A stretch of 64,000 nt of DNA from an uncultured Muriicola sp. (GCF_947258935.1 NZ_CAMYKH010000004.1:6101-70100), one strand, 5' to 3'. Counted from the first letter of the stretch, positions 1-10,807 are shown. Numbers and translations are program-made. Notes: generated by a model not told the origin, from the sequence alone.

Positions 1-792
1 GGGCATAAGTTCCTCCACTCCTTTATACGCATCATAGATTTCGGCACATCCTTTGGAAGAATCTGCAGGATCGTTCCTGCGGATACAGAAATTTCCGAAA
101 TCTGGTAAGGTGCCACAATTATCCATTCCAACTTTGGTCATCACTTCTGTGAGCATAGCTGCATTAGATGACAGGCCTCCGTGATTTTCTACCAGTATAT
201 TTATATTCTTCTCTTTGGCATAGGCAGCTAATTGGCTTAGACCATCTACAGAATTAGGGATCCAGGCCTCAGGTTCCGTACTTCCTGCCAGGTTAACTCT
301 AATAGCATGGCAACCCATGGCCTTGGCGGCATCTACCCATTTAAAATGGTTCTCCGCAGCCTTTTTCCGTGCTTCAGCATCTGAAGTCGCAAGGTCTCCT
401 TGCCCATCTATCATGATCAGCACGTTTTGCATCTCGTGTTTCTCAGCTTCTGCATTCGACTTATCTACAAAGGCAGCCATTGCTTCGGCGCTATAATTAC
501 TTTCTTTTAATTCTTTATCGTATAGTTGACTAACGTATTCGAGCCCGGTAAAGCCCCATTCCTTTGCCTTGGAAGCAAATGCATAAGGGTCCATTTCACC
601 ATTCCTTATCATCCTATGTACAGACCATTGGGCAAGAGATAATTTAAAAAAGGGTTCCATAACCTCCTCCATGTCTTCCATTCCTGTTTCATCGGTTCCT
701 TCTTTTTTAGCTTGTCTGCAGCTGTAGATCCCCAAAACGGACAGACCTATTCCAGCTGCGGTTGAATTCTTTACAAAATTTCTTCTTTTCAT
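1..792 (-). CDS. Sugar phosphate isomerase/epimerase (xylose-isomerase-like TIM barrel), TAT-exported. The C-terminus is cut by the window edge.
   Basis: My translation of the reverse strand from the ATG at 792..790 gives MKRRNFVKNSTAAGIGLSVLG, a twin-arginine signal. It continues with WGFTGLEY...ENHGG, typical of TIM-barrel isomerases. The frame stays open to position 1. The ORF is absent from the track because it is truncated. Confidence 0.75.
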   Translation of the reverse strand, partial: MKRRNFVKNSTAAGIGLSVLGIYSCRQAKKEGTDETGMEDMEEVMEPFFKLSLAQWSVHRMIRNGEMDPYAFASKAKEWGFTGLEYVSQLYDKELKESNYSAEAMAAFVDKSNAEAEKHEMQNVLIMIDGQGDLATSDAEARKKAAENHFKWVDAAKAMGCHAIRVNLAGSTEPEAWIPNSVDGLSQLAAYAKEKNINILVENHGGLSSNAAMLTEVMTKVGMDNCGTLPDFGNFCIRRNDPADSSKGCAEIYDAYKGVEELMP

Positions 793-991
793 ATTAATAT
801 TTTTTAAATAGTCTATTTGTTCTTATTTCTTTGAATATGGAAAATAGTATATCTGTATTAAAAATTGACACTTTATTTTTATAATCTAAAAAAAGCTAAA
901 GTTTAGAAGGGATTCGGTAAGAATTAGGCCGTTTAAATGTAGAAAATTAATTTTATAATTAATACATTTAGCCGACAAACAATATACTTAC

Positions 992-2710
992 ATGAGTAAA
1001 TTTTATTACAATGAAGAGCAAGATTCGTACGATGCCATTGTTGTTGGCACAGGTATTAGTGGGGGCTGGGCCGCCAAGGAGCTCTGCGAAAATGGTCTTA
1101 AAACACTTGTGCTGGAACGCGGAAGAATGGTAAAGCACCGCGAGGATTATCCTACCGCGAATATGGATACCTGGGACTTTCCCAATAATGGGGAATTACC
1201 CAAAGAAGAAGCGGCAAAGCAATTCAAACAAGCTCGTACAGGCTATACTGTACGATCACCACATAATTTTTGGTTCGTCAATGATCTGGAACATCCGTAC
1301 AATGAAACAAAACGATTCGACTGGATGCGTGGATACCACGTTGGCGGAAGGTCTTTACTATGGGGCCGTCATAGCTATCGCTGGAGCGATCTGGACTTCG
1401 AAGCCAACAAAAAAGAAGGAATAGCCGTAGACTGGCCGGTTAGATATAAAGATATTGCGCCCTGGTATACCAAAGTTGAAACATACGTTGGGATATCTGG
1501 AGAAACCTTAGGTCTTCCACAATTGCCGGATAGTGTTTTCGAACCTATGATGGAGCTCAATTGCATAGAACAACATGTTCGGGAGAAGGTAGCCGAGAAT
1601 TTTGGTGGCCGGGTAATTACCGCCGGGCGTGTTGCTCATATTAATAGTTCTAAAAAATTTGAAGGAGACGGCAGATCAAAATGTCAGTTTAGGAACAGGT
1701 GTATCAGAGGGTGTCCTTTTGGTGCCTATTTCAGTAGTAACTCCTCAACCCTTCCTGCTGCCGAGGCCACGGGAAATATGACCCTGAGACCGGATTCAAT
1801 AGTGCATGAGGTAATGTATGATCCGGACACAAAAAAGGCAAGCGGGGTAAAGGTTATTGATAGGGTTACTAAAGAGACTTTTGAATTTAAGGCCAGGGTA
1901 ATATTCCTATGTGCTTCTGCAATCGCCTCTTCATCCATACTAATGCAATCTAAGTCTGACCGATTCCCAAATGGTATGGGCAATGACTCGGATCAGCTGG
2001 GAAGGAATATAATGGATCATCATCTGGGGGTTGGTGCTGCCGGAAAATATGATGGGTATGAGGATAAGTTTTATAAAGGAAGAAAGCCCAACGGTATCTA
2101 TGTGCCACGCTTCCGTAATATAGGCGGAAATTCTAATACAAAAGCTTTTAAACGAGGTTATGGTTATCAGGGCAGTGGAAGCCGGGGTAACTGGGAAGAT
2201 GTAGTTTCGGAATTGTCTCATGGAAAAGACCTGAAAGAGGCTATCCTTAAGCCAGGAGGTTGGACCTTCGGAATGAGTGGTTTTGGTGAAGTTCTTCCGT
2301 ACGAGGACAACAGGATGACCTTAGATTATGACAAATTAGATGGTTGGGGTCTGCCAACAGTTACCTTCGATGCCGAGTTTAAGGAAAATGAGTGGAAGAT
2401 GCGGGAAGATATGAAAGAACAGGCCTATGAAATGCTTACAAAAGCAGGATTAAGAGATGTTGAGACCTTTGACAGACCAGGAGCCCTTGGTTTGGGGATT
2501 CACGAAATGGGGACAGCCAGAATGGGACGCGACCCTAAAACATCCGTGCTCAACGGATATAACCAGGTTCATGCAGTAAAGAATGTATATGTCACCGATG
2601 GTGCCTTTATGACCTCCGCTGCTTGCGTAAACCCATCATTGACCTATATGGCATTTACGGCCCGCGCTGCCAACCATGCCGCTGAACAACTTAAAAAAGG
2701 ACTACTGTAA
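992..2710 (+). CDS. GMC family FAD-dependent oxidoreductase
   Basis: 572 aa. The N-terminal Rossmann motif is DAIVVGTGISGGWAAKEL. The C-terminal region has a GMC-type HEMGTARMG motif. It is followed by the typical small subunit gene. Confidence 0.9.
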   Translation: MSKFYYNEEQDSYDAIVVGTGISGGWAAKELCENGLKTLVLERGRMVKHREDYPTANMDTWDFPNNGELPKEEAAKQFKQARTGYTVRSPHNFWFVNDLEHPYNETKRFDWMRGYHVGGRSLLWGRHSYRWSDLDFEANKKEGIAVDWPVRYKDIAPWYTKVETYVGISGETLGLPQLPDSVFEPMMELNCIEQHVREKVAENFGGRVITAGRVAHINSSKKFEGDGRSKCQFRNRCIRGCPFGAYFSSNSSTLPAAEATGNMTLRPDSIVHEVMYDPDTKKASGVKVIDRVTKETFEFKARVIFLCASAIASSSILMQSKSDRFPNGMGNDSDQLGRNIMDHHLGVGAAGKYDGYEDKFYKGRKPNGIYVPRFRNIGGNSNTKAFKRGYGYQGSGSRGNWEDVVSELSHGKDLKEAILKPGGWTFGMSGFGEVLPYEDNRMTLDYDKLDGWGLPTVTFDAEFKENEWKMREDMKEQAYEMLTKAGLRDVETFDRPGALGLGIHEMGTARMGRDPKTSVLNGYNQVHAVKNVYVTDGAFMTSAACVNPSLTYMAFTARAANHAAEQLKKGLL

Positions 2711-3357
2711 TGGATAGAAGAATAGCATTAAAAAATATGGGATTGGCACTGGGTTATACGATAGCCACCCCTACATTATTATCGCTTGTCCAGGGATGTA
2801 ATGAAGTAAAAACGGAAGACTGGACCCCCGACTTTTTTACGAAAGAAGAAGGAAATGTTCTTATTAAGCTGGTAGATATCATTCTACCAAAAACAGATAC
2901 CCCTTCTGCTTCTGAAGTCAATGTTCATGTATTCATTGATAGATTTACAAATGAGATCGTGGAAGAGATTATGCAGGATATGACAAAATTGTCTCTTAAT
3001 AAGTTCATTAAAAAGGCCCTAACGGAATCCGGAAAGGAGAAATCCGAGGAATTAACTTCTGAAGACCTGGAACCCGTTCTGGCAGCAGCCTTGCAAGTAA
3101 CAGAAGAAGAGGAAATTGAAAATATGGAACTGATGATCAAAAATACTTCGGCCGCTGCCAAGGGAGAAAATGACGCTGTCCCTGACGAGGTCATGAGATA
3201 CTCTTTTACTAAGAATTTGCGCGATATGACTATCTGGGGATATAAAACCTCTGAATATGTAGGGGAAAATGTGTTGGCATACCTACCAGTACCAGGGGAA
3301 TATATAGGATGTGGGGACCTTAACGAACTTACCGGAGGTAAGGATTGGTCCCTTTAA
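2710..3357 (+). CDS. Gluconate 2-dehydrogenase subunit 3 family protein (small TAT-signal subunit partnering the GMC oxidoreductase)
   Basis: 215 aa. The start overlaps the stop of the GMC gene (TAATG). The N-terminus MDRRIALKNMGLALG is a TAT-like signal. Size and position fit this subunit family. Confidence 0.75.
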   Translation: MDRRIALKNMGLALGYTIATPTLLSLVQGCNEVKTEDWTPDFFTKEEGNVLIKLVDIILPKTDTPSASEVNVHVFIDRFTNEIVEEIMQDMTKLSLNKFIKKALTESGKEKSEELTSEDLEPVLAAALQVTEEEEIENMELMIKNTSAAAKGENDAVPDEVMRYSFTKNLRDMTIWGYKTSEYVGENVLAYLPVPGEYIGCGDLNELTGGKDWSL

Positions 3358-3366
3358 TTTAAGCCT

Positions 3367-4287
3367 TTGAAAAGAAGAAGTTTTATTTTAAAATCGGCAT
3401 TGGCCACCAGCACCCTGTCCATGACAGGGTTTTCTGTCTTTGGTCAGATCCCTAAAGAAAAACCTAAATACCATTTTCAATTAAAATATGCTCCGCATAT
3501 TGGCATGTTCCGTGAAAGTGCCGGGGACGACCCTATTGCCCAACTCAACTTTATGGCAGATCAGGGCTTTGCCGCTTTTGAGGACAACGGAATGATGGAT
3601 AGGCCTGTAGATATGCAAGTGGCTATGGCAAAGGTCATGAAAGATAGGAGTCTGGAAATGGGAGTATTTGTTGCACACAAGATCTATTGGGATTCCCCCA
3701 ATCTGGCATCGGGCAACAAAGAAAAACGAGCAGAATTCCTGGAATATATAAGAAAGGCCGTGGAGGTTGCTAAAAGAGTAGGAGCAAAATGGATGACGGT
3801 AGTACCCGGCCATAGAGATCTTAAACTTGGAATGGGATATCAAACCGTCCATGTAGTTGAATCATTGAAACAAGCGGCAGCTATTCTGGAGCCACATGGA
3901 CTGGTCATGGTTCTTGAACCGCTAAATTTTAGGAACCATCCGGGTCTGTTCTTAACGGAAAGTCCGCAAGCCTATGAGATCTGTAAAGCTGTGGCATCCC
4001 CCTCCTGTAAAATTTTGTTCGACATCTACCATCAACAAATACAGGAAGGCAATTTAATTCCCAACATAGAAGCATGCTGGGATGAGATCGCCTATTTTCA
4101 ATTAGGAGACAACCCCGGGAGAAATGAACCTACCACCGGTGAAATAAATTACCAAAATGTCCTGAAATTTATTAATACCAAAGGTTTTACAGGAATCCTT
4201 GGGATGGAGCACGGAAATTCCATGGCCGGAATTCCCGGAGAAGAGGCCGTGATCCAAGCCTATAAATTGGTTGATCCAAAGCCCTGA
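3367..4287 (+). CDS. Hydroxypyruvate isomerase-like / sugar phosphate isomerase TIM-barrel protein, TAT signal
   Basis: 306 aa with a TTG start. MKRRSFILKSALATS is a twin-arginine signal. LEPLN and GMEHG motifs are typical of the xylose-isomerase-like TIM barrel family. Confidence 0.8.
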   Translation: MKRRSFILKSALATSTLSMTGFSVFGQIPKEKPKYHFQLKYAPHIGMFRESAGDDPIAQLNFMADQGFAAFEDNGMMDRPVDMQVAMAKVMKDRSLEMGVFVAHKIYWDSPNLASGNKEKRAEFLEYIRKAVEVAKRVGAKWMTVVPGHRDLKLGMGYQTVHVVESLKQAAAILEPHGLVMVLEPLNFRNHPGLFLTESPQAYEICKAVASPSCKILFDIYHQQIQEGNLIPNIEACWDEIAYFQLGDNPGRNEPTTGEINYQNVLKFINTKGFTGILGMEHGNSMAGIPGEEAVIQAYKLVDPKP

Positions 4288-4348
4288 ATAGACATATAAA
4301 AAGTTACAGCCCCAGCCAACAATGCATAACAATAACTAAACATATAGC

Positions 4349-4711
4349 ATGCTCACTTCTATAAACCCAAAATTACCTATGCGTAGCAAAAAAGTTACCT
4401 ATGATTACTACATAAACAAATTGGGATTTAAAGTGGTTGGAAATACAGAATACGATGATTATTTGATGATACAAAAAGATCAAATTGAAATTCATCTTTT
4501 TAGGTTTGAAGAACTAAAACCAAAAGAGAATTACGGGCAAGTATATATACGAACAACTAATATTGATCTAGTTTATAAATCCTTTTTGGATAATAATATT
4601 CGCATTCATCCCAATGGATATTTAGAAGAAAAACCTTGGGGTCAAAAGGAGTTTTCAATTCTGGATCCGGATCATAACTTACTTACTTTTGGCCAGCCTA
4701 TAACCAAATGA
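4349..4711 (+). CDS. VOC (glyoxalase/bleomycin-resistance) family protein
   Basis: 120 aa. The pattern of a beta-alpha-beta-beta-beta module and the ending KPWGQKEFSILDPDHNLLTF is typical of bleomycin-resistance-like VOC proteins. Confidence 0.65.
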   Translation: MLTSINPKLPMRSKKVTYDYYINKLGFKVVGNTEYDDYLMIQKDQIEIHLFRFEELKPKENYGQVYIRTTNIDLVYKSFLDNNIRIHPNGYLEEKPWGQKEFSILDPDHNLLTFGQPITK

Positions 4712-5038
4712 TGTGTATAAAATTGGCTATTCTTTTACAATCTCCTCATCCAAAAATAACTTTTGATGCGTATATATGAAAAGGTATTCACTTTACGGGC
4801 ATGGATTATTACTTCCTACTTCTTCTTATTTATATCGCCCTCATGGTGATATCTCACAAGGCCATAAAGCCTTATTTTGATAAATAAACTTCCCTCATTC
4901 AATTTTTACATAAAACAAAATACCCCGGATATACGCTATTATTGGGGATCAGCGTTTCCGAGGCATCTTTTAATAAACACTAGTCTTTACCTAAGACATA
5001 AGTTGGTTTCGTTCATTTATCATTCAGTGCATTATATC

Positions 5039-7525
5039 TTAAGATCCACACATCAGACAATCGTCATCTGCTTCACCGGCTTTAGCCTGGGCTATTAAAG
5101 CTTTCATTTCTTCCGGTGACAAGGGGGTTACATCTGCTTCTTCCTTTTGAACAGGCGTTGTTTGTACCTGTAGTGCTTCAGCAGCCTTCGGATCTGGTGT
5201 TGTTGCCGCCATTACCTCAGCTTCAGCCGCAATACTTACCGGAACTTCTTTTTTCTTTGTGTTGTCCAGGGTAAATTTAATGGCATCTACAGCCGCTTTG
5301 GTCCTGAGATAGTACATGCCCGTTTTTAAACCGCTTTTCCAGGCGTAGAAATGCATGGAAGTAAGTTTAGAGTAATTGGCATTCTCCATAAACAAGTTCA
5401 ATGACTGGCTCTGGTCTATAAAATACCCCCGCTGTCTAGACATGTCAATGATGTCTTTCATGCTCAACTCCCAGACTGTTTTATACAACTCCTTAATGTC
5501 TTCCGGGATTCCCTTGATATTCTGTACAGAACCGTTGGCCCGCATCAATTCTTGCTTTAAATTTTCATTCCACAAGCCTAATTCAACAAGGTCTTCCAGC
5601 AGGTGTTTGTTTACCACTATAAATTCACCGGAAAGCACCCTTCTCGTATAAATATTGGAGGTATAAGGTTCAAAACACTCATTATTCCCCAGGATCTGTG
5701 AGGTAGAAGCAGTAGGCATAGGGGCTACCAAAAGGGAATTTCGAACTCCGTGTTTTTTTACATTTTTACGAAGTTTGTCCCAGTCCCAACGGCCGGATAA
5801 TTCCTCGTCCTTAATTCCCCAGAGGTTGTGCTGAAACTTCCCTTCGGAAATAGGAGATCCCTTGAAGGTAGTATAGGGTCCCTCTTCTTTAGACGCTTCC
5901 ATAGATGCTGTTACGGCAGCGAAGTACAGCGTTTCAAAGATCTCCTGATTGAGCTTTCTTGCCTCATCACTTGTAAAAGGTAGTCTAAGCAAGATAAATG
6001 CATCTGCTAACCCTTGTACGCCCAAGCCTATGGGTCTGTGACGCATGTTAGAATTTTCTGCTTCCTTAATAGGATAGTAATTTCGGTCTATGACCTTGTT
6101 CAGGTTTTTAGTTACTCTTTTGGTAACACGGAATAGTTCTTTGTGATCAAAACTTCCATTCTTAATAAACATTGGCAAAGCAATGGAAGCCAGGTTGCAT
6201 ACAGCCACTTCATCCGGGGAAGTGTATTCCATGATCTCCGTACATAAGTTGGAAGATCTGATGGTTCCCAGATTCTTTTGGTTGCTCTTACGGTTAGCCG
6301 CGTCCTTATATAACATATAAGGCGTGCCAGTTTCTATCTGTGATTCAAGGATCTTTTCCCAAAGCTCTCTGGCTCTGATTGTTTTTCTTCCTTTGCTTTC
6401 GGCCTCATATCGAGTGTATAATTCCTCAAATTCCTCACTGTGGGTAGTAAACAATCCGGGGCATTCATTAGGACACATAAGGGTCCAATCCCCATCGGCC
6501 TCTACTCGTTTCATAAACAGATCCGGGATCCACATGGCATAGAAAAGGTCGCGTGCACGCATTTCTTCCTTTCCATGGTTCTTTTTCAACTCCAGGAATT
6601 CGAAAATGTCTGCATGCCATGGTTCTATATAAATTGCAAAGCTGCCTTTTCTCTTTCCACCGCCCTGATCTACATACCGCGCAGTATCATTGAAAACCTG
6701 AAGCATTGGAACAATTCCATTGGAGGTGCCATTGGTGCCCGCAATGTATGAGCCTGTAGCTCTTACATTGTGAATAGACAAGCCTATTCCTCCCGCAGAC
6801 TGTGATATTTTAGCCGTATTTTTTAGGGTATCATAAATGCCGTCAATACTATCGTCTTTCATTGCCAGTAAGAAGCAGGAAGACATCTGAGGTTTTGGGG
6901 TACCTGAATTAAACAAGGTGGGCGTAGCATGTGTAAAATATTTTTTGGACATAAGCTCGTAAGTCTCCATAGCTGACTCCAGATCATTCAAATGGATGCC
7001 AATAGAAACCCGCATAAGCATATGTTGAGGTCTTTCAGCGATCTTCCCATTTAACTTTAGGAGATAGGATCTTTCCAAGGTTTTAAAACCGAAATAATCA
7101 TACCCAAAATCGCGGTTGTAAATGATGGTAGAATCTAGAACCTCTGCATTTTCTGAAATAACTTTAAATACCTCATCAGACAACAAGGGGGCCTTTTTCC
7201 CCGTTCTGGGATTCACGTATTCGTGTAAGTCCTTCATGGTTTCGGAGAACGACTTTTTAGTATTCTTGTGTAAGTTGGAGACAGAGATACGCGCAGCGAG
7301 TTTAGCGTAATCTGGATGTGCTGTTGTTAAGGTGGCCGAAATCTCAGCAGCCAAATTATCTAGTTCTGATGTGGTTACCCCATCATACAGGCCCTCAATA
7401 ACCCGCATGGCCACTTTAACCGGATCTACAAGGTCATTAAGGCCATAACACAATTTACGTACACGGGCCGTGATCTTGTCAAACATCATTAGCTCTTTTC
7501 TGCCGTCTCTTTTTACTACAAACAT
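5039..7525 (-). CDS. nrdA: Ribonucleoside-diphosphate reductase alpha subunit, class Ia
   Basis: 828 aa. It has an N-terminal ATP-cone ([16 protein letters not shown]) and the catalytic motifs SNLCTEI and [10 protein letters not shown]. The C-terminal tail carries CLMCGS redox cysteines. Confidence 0.97.
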   Translation of the reverse strand: MFVVKRDGRKELMMFDKITARVRKLCYGLNDLVDPVKVAMRVIEGLYDGVTTSELDNLAAEISATLTTAHPDYAKLAARISVSNLHKNTKKSFSETMKDLHEYVNPRTGKKAPLLSDEVFKVISENAEVLDSTIIYNRDFGYDYFGFKTLERSYLLKLNGKIAERPQHMLMRVSIGIHLNDLESAMETYELMSKKYFTHATPTLFNSGTPKPQMSSCFLLAMKDDSIDGIYDTLKNTAKISQSAGGIGLSIHNVRATGSYIAGTNGTSNGIVPMLQVFNDTARYVDQGGGKRKGSFAIYIEPWHADIFEFLELKKNHGKEEMRARDLFYAMWIPDLFMKRVEADGDWTLMCPNECPGLFTTHSEEFEELYTRYEAESKGRKTIRARELWEKILESQIETGTPYMLYKDAANRKSNQKNLGTIRSSNLCTEIMEYTSPDEVAVCNLASIALPMFIKNGSFDHKELFRVTKRVTKNLNKVIDRNYYPIKEAENSNMRHRPIGLGVQGLADAFILLRLPFTSDEARKLNQEIFETLYFAAVTASMEASKEEGPYTTFKGSPISEGKFQHNLWGIKDEELSGRWDWDKLRKNVKKHGVRNSLLVAPMPTASTSQILGNNECFEPYTSNIYTRRVLSGEFIVVNKHLLEDLVELGLWNENLKQELMRANGSVQNIKGIPEDIKELYKTVWELSMKDIIDMSRQRGYFIDQSQSLNLFMENANYSKLTSMHFYAWKSGLKTGMYYLRTKAAVDAIKFTLDNTKKKEVPVSIAAEAEVMAATTPDPKAAEALQVQTTPVQKEEADVTPLSPEEMKALIAQAKAGEADDDCLMCGS

Positions 7526-7603
7526 GTTTCTACAAATATTAAATTAGAATATATGGTTGGTTTAAGTCCTTTGTGAAAAACTCAACATTTTTAAAATAAG
7601 CCA

Positions 7604-7632
7604 CAAAAAAACCCGGGTTACTCAGGGTTTTT
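7604..7632 (-). terminator. Weak hairpin with a U-run between nrdB and nrdA; possible attenuator or partial terminator
   Basis: The plus strand reads aaaaaaaacccgggttactcagggttttt. On the minus strand an AAACCC/GGGTTT stem (only 3 G-C pairs, about 10-nt loop) is followed by a T-run. It starts 14 nt after the nrdB stop. Confidence 0.3.
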
Positions 7633-7645
7633 ATGAACGGTTCAA

Positions 7646-8632
7646 TTAAAAGTCAGCGTCGAAGCTGATCTTTTGAGAATCCGAATCTTGTTCTTTATTT
7701 AAGACACCGGCTTTTTGATATTCGGATACGCGTTTTTCAAAGAAGTTCGTTTTCCCCTGAAGAGAGATCATATCCATAAAATCAAATGGGTTGGTAGCGT
7801 TAAATACCTTTTCACATTCGAGTTCTACCAGGAGCCTGTCTGTTACAAACTCCAGATATTGGGTCATTAACTTGGCGTTCATCCCAATAAGACTTGCTGG
7901 TAAGGATTCTGTGATGAATTCGCGTTCTATATTCAAGGCATCTACAAGAATCTCGGTAATGCGTTCTTTTGATACTTTATTGACTAAATGCTTAGTGTGA
8001 AGATGCACAGCGTAATCGCAATGCATGCCTTCATCTCTCGAAATTAATTCGTTAGAGAAGGTAAGTCCAGGCATAAGCCCTCTTTTCTTTAACCAGAATA
8101 TGGAACAAAATGCTCCGGAGAAAAATATCCCTTCAACGGCTGCAAATGCAATAAGACGCTCGGCAAAGCTGGGAGAATCTATCCATTTTAGTGCCCAATC
8201 TGCTTTTTTCTTGATAGCCGGGAAATTTTCAATAGCTTTAAATAGCATATTCTTTTCCTTTTCATCTTTAACGTAAGTATCTATCAAGAGGGAATATGTC
8301 TCAGAATGGATGTTTTCCATCATGATCTGAAAGCCATAGAAGAATTTAGCTTCTGAATACTGTACTTCGTTTACAAAATTTTCTGCAAGGTTCTCATTAA
8401 CTATCCCGTCTGAAGCTGCAAAAAATGCTAAAATGTGCTTAATGAAATACTTCTCATCACCATTTAGTTTATTATTCCAATCGGCTAGATCCTGATGAAG
8501 ATCTATTTCCTCAGCGGTCCAAAAACAGGCTTCACATTTCTTATACCATTCCCAAAGATCATGATGCTTAATTGGAAAAATTACAAATCTATCTTCATTT
8601 TCTTCTAGGATTGGTTCTAAGAGTTTTGACAT
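7646..8632 (-). CDS. nrdB: Ribonucleoside-diphosphate reductase beta subunit, class Ia
   Basis: 328 aa. It has diiron/tyrosyl-radical family motifs ([39 protein letters not shown]). The C-terminal acidic tail ends in DADF. Confidence 0.97.
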   Translation of the reverse strand: MSKLLEPILEENEDRFVIFPIKHHDLWEWYKKCEACFWTAEEIDLHQDLADWNNKLNGDEKYFIKHILAFFAASDGIVNENLAENFVNEVQYSEAKFFYGFQIMMENIHSETYSLLIDTYVKDEKEKNMLFKAIENFPAIKKKADWALKWIDSPSFAERLIAFAAVEGIFFSGAFCSIFWLKKRGLMPGLTFSNELISRDEGMHCDYAVHLHTKHLVNKVSKERITEILVDALNIEREFITESLPASLIGMNAKLMTQYLEFVTDRLLVELECEKVFNATNPFDFMDMISLQGKTNFFEKRVSEYQKAGVLNKEQDSDSQKISFDADF

Positions 8633-9159
8633 TTCTTGTTCTTATTAGTGTTAGTTTTTGAGTAAAAAAGTGGATCGAGCTGGGACTAACAAAGATTAGA
8701 AAATGTTATTAAATTGTAAAGTCTGTTTCATGATAACAGGCTCAAAGTTTTTAACACAGCATGTTGAAATCTAGGCTCGCCTGCTATGTTTGTTACCCTT
8801 ATGTACAACTGTTATCCTGTATAAATTTTTTTAACAACTTCAACAGTTAAAGAATAGACCAAAAAGTATATTAGAATATGCTAGTTTTTGTTGTAGCACA
8901 AACCTCTCTTGCAACGTACTGTCTATGGGGATTAATAGGAATAGGTCCATGCATTTCTTTTAAAGATCTGTTGTCTGTTTCATTTAATAGCAATTCATAC
9001 AAAATCTTAAAGAAAGAACAGATCTTCATTGATAAAAAGTCAATGGAGAACATATTAACTATGTTGCCAGATCGAAAATTGAGAAAAAAACAAACGAAGT
9101 ATTTCTGTACAAGAGTGAGACATGTACAGATAAAAATAAAAACCTGAAGTGGTTTTGTT

Positions 9160-9330
9160 TTACTTGGGAAGATCGTTGCTCAGAGCAGTACTTTCCTGAA
9201 GCAATGACTCAGTATCATTAATCTCCATTGCAACCTTTTCATTGGCTGCTGCCCTATCCCTGTTTTCTGTAATGGACGCAATGATAAGTACGAACACTAA
9301 TAAAATAAATAAAAGAACACATTTTCTCAT
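9160..9330 (-). CDS. Small membrane-anchored hypothetical protein
   Basis: The ORF track gives 9160..9354. The internal ATG at 9330 gives MRKCVLLFILLVFVLIIASI, a signal or anchor. There is no recognisable domain. Confidence 0.35.
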   Translation of the reverse strand: MRKCVLLFILLVFVLIIASITENRDRAAANEKVAMEINDTESLLQESTALSNDLPK

Positions 9331-9485
9331 TGTGGGGGTAATTGGTTGTGTCATTTGTCCTTCTAAACATCATTAATACATCAAAAACAGTATAAGATGA
9401 ATATTAGGGATAGGGAAAGTAGGCAATGTATCAGGGGGATAAAAAATATTCCGTTAACGGTATAAAATACTCTATGAACTACCTT

Positions 9486-10064
9486 CTATTGTTTCGATGA
9501 ATGGTATTCCTGGGCTACTTCTTCTAACTCTTTATACCATTTTTTTCCAAATTTTCGGATAAGAGCATCTTTTACAAACCGGTATACAGGAACCTTAAGA
9601 CTTTCTCCTAACTGACAGGCGGGATCGCAGAGTTGCCATTTGTGATAATTAACGGCTCTTAATTCTGTATACTCAGTAACACGGATGGGATATAGATGGC
9701 ACGAAACCGGTTTCTTCCAGCTTGTTGCCCCTTTTTCATAGGCCTCCTCCAGGCCACATTTAGCAACGCCATGATCATTAAATATCACATACGCACATTC
9801 GCTGTTACCAACAAGCGGAGTTTCCCATTCTCCATCTTCTCCTTTTACAAATGCCCCTTGCGCTTCAATGGCTTCAATTCCTTCAGGACGAAGAAATGGC
9901 TTTACCTTGGCATATATATCTACCAGGATTTCTGTTTCTTTGTCCTCAAGTGGAGCGCCGGCATCACCGTCTACACAGCACGCTCCCTTGCAGGCAGATA
10001 GATTGCACACAAAGTCTTTCTCAATGATCTCTTCTGAAACCAGTGTTTTCCCTACTTGGAACAT
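9486..10064 (-). CDS. DUF3109 family protein (Cys-rich)
   Basis: 192 aa. The N-terminus MFQVGKTLVSEEIIEKDFVCNLSACKGACC and later conserved cysteines match the DUF3109 family common in Bacteroidota, as I remember it. Confidence 0.75.
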   Translation of the reverse strand: MFQVGKTLVSEEIIEKDFVCNLSACKGACCVDGDAGAPLEDKETEILVDIYAKVKPFLRPEGIEAIEAQGAFVKGEDGEWETPLVGNSECAYVIFNDHGVAKCGLEEAYEKGATSWKKPVSCHLYPIRVTEYTELRAVNYHKWQLCDPACQLGESLKVPVYRFVKDALIRKFGKKWYKELEEVAQEYHSSKQ

Positions 10065-10182
10065 CTTCTTTAAGTAAGCGTCAAAGATACTTTTTTAACC
10101 TGTATTTCCCCTTATAATATTTGTATTGACGACCTGCCACAAACTCAAAATATATACTACTTTTGCACAACTTTAAAAGCCT

Positions 10183-10764
10183 ATGGTAATGCATTTGAAC
10201 TTCAGGGAAATAGCAACTGCCAGCATAGTTCTGTTTGCTGTTATTGATATTGTTGGGAGTATTCCCATTATCATAAATCTGCGAAAAAAAGTGGGCCATA
10301 TTCACTCAGAGAAAGCGTCTATTGTCGCCGGGTGCATAATGGTAGCTTTTCTGTTTGTGGGGGAGGAAATCCTGAAATTGATTAGGATAGACGTGTATTC
10401 CTTTGCGGTAGCCGGGGCTTTTATTATATTCTTTTTGGCGATAGAGATGATCCTTGGGATCACCCTTTACCGCGATGACGAACCAGAGTCTGCCTCTATA
10501 GTGCCTATTGCTTTTCCGCTAATTGCCGGAGCGGGCACTATGACAGCTCTCTTATCCTTGCGTGCTGAATTTTATGTGGAAAACATCATAGCAGCCATTA
10601 TCGTCAATATTATTTTTGTCTACCTGGTTTTAAAATCGTCTGCCAAGATTGAACGTGTCATGGGGAAAGGCGGACTAAGTGTTGTCAGAAAAGTATTTGG
10701 GGTCATTTTATTGGCAATAGCAGTTAAATTATTTGCCACGAACATTAATCAATTATTTCCATAA
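10183..10764 (+). CDS. MarC family (UPF0056) integral membrane protein
   Basis: 193 aa, multi-pass hydrophobic. LFAVIDIVGSIPI and AFPLIAGAGT motifs are typical of MarC/NAAT family proteins. Confidence 0.8.
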   Translation: MVMHLNFREIATASIVLFAVIDIVGSIPIIINLRKKVGHIHSEKASIVAGCIMVAFLFVGEEILKLIRIDVYSFAVAGAFIIFFLAIEMILGITLYRDDEPESASIVPIAFPLIAGAGTMTALLSLRAEFYVENIIAAIIVNIIFVYLVLKSSAKIERVMGKGGLSVVRKVFGVILLAIAVKLFATNINQLFP

Positions 10765-10807
10765 ATTGGTGTTCCTATAGGAATACAACTCACAATAAAG
10801 CGAAAGA

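Noticed and set aside
4801-4887. 28-aa hydrophobic mini-ORF (MDYYFLLLLIYIALMVISHKAIKPYFDK) in the VOC/nrdA intergenic region, plus the 73-aa track ORF at 4877..5098
   Set aside because: The mini-ORF is too short to support without conservation or Ribo-seq data. The 73-aa ORF overlaps the nrdA 3' end and looks spurious.
8752-8795. Calling definite NrdR boxes upstream of nrdB
   Set aside because: The palindromes are imperfect and do not match the ACACwAtATaTwGTGT consensus well. They are kept only as a low-confidence idea inside the leader-region finding.
8871-9147. Overlapping 89-aa (plus) and 60-aa (minus) ORFs upstream of nrdB
   Set aside because: They are mutually exclusive, have no motifs, and have odd composition. 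The region is treated as non-coding leader or promoter; see the finding at 8633..9159.
10766-10800. Small palindrome ttcctataggaa after the MarC gene as a terminator
   Set aside because: The stem is only a 6-bp AT-rich palindrome with no loop and no following T-run.
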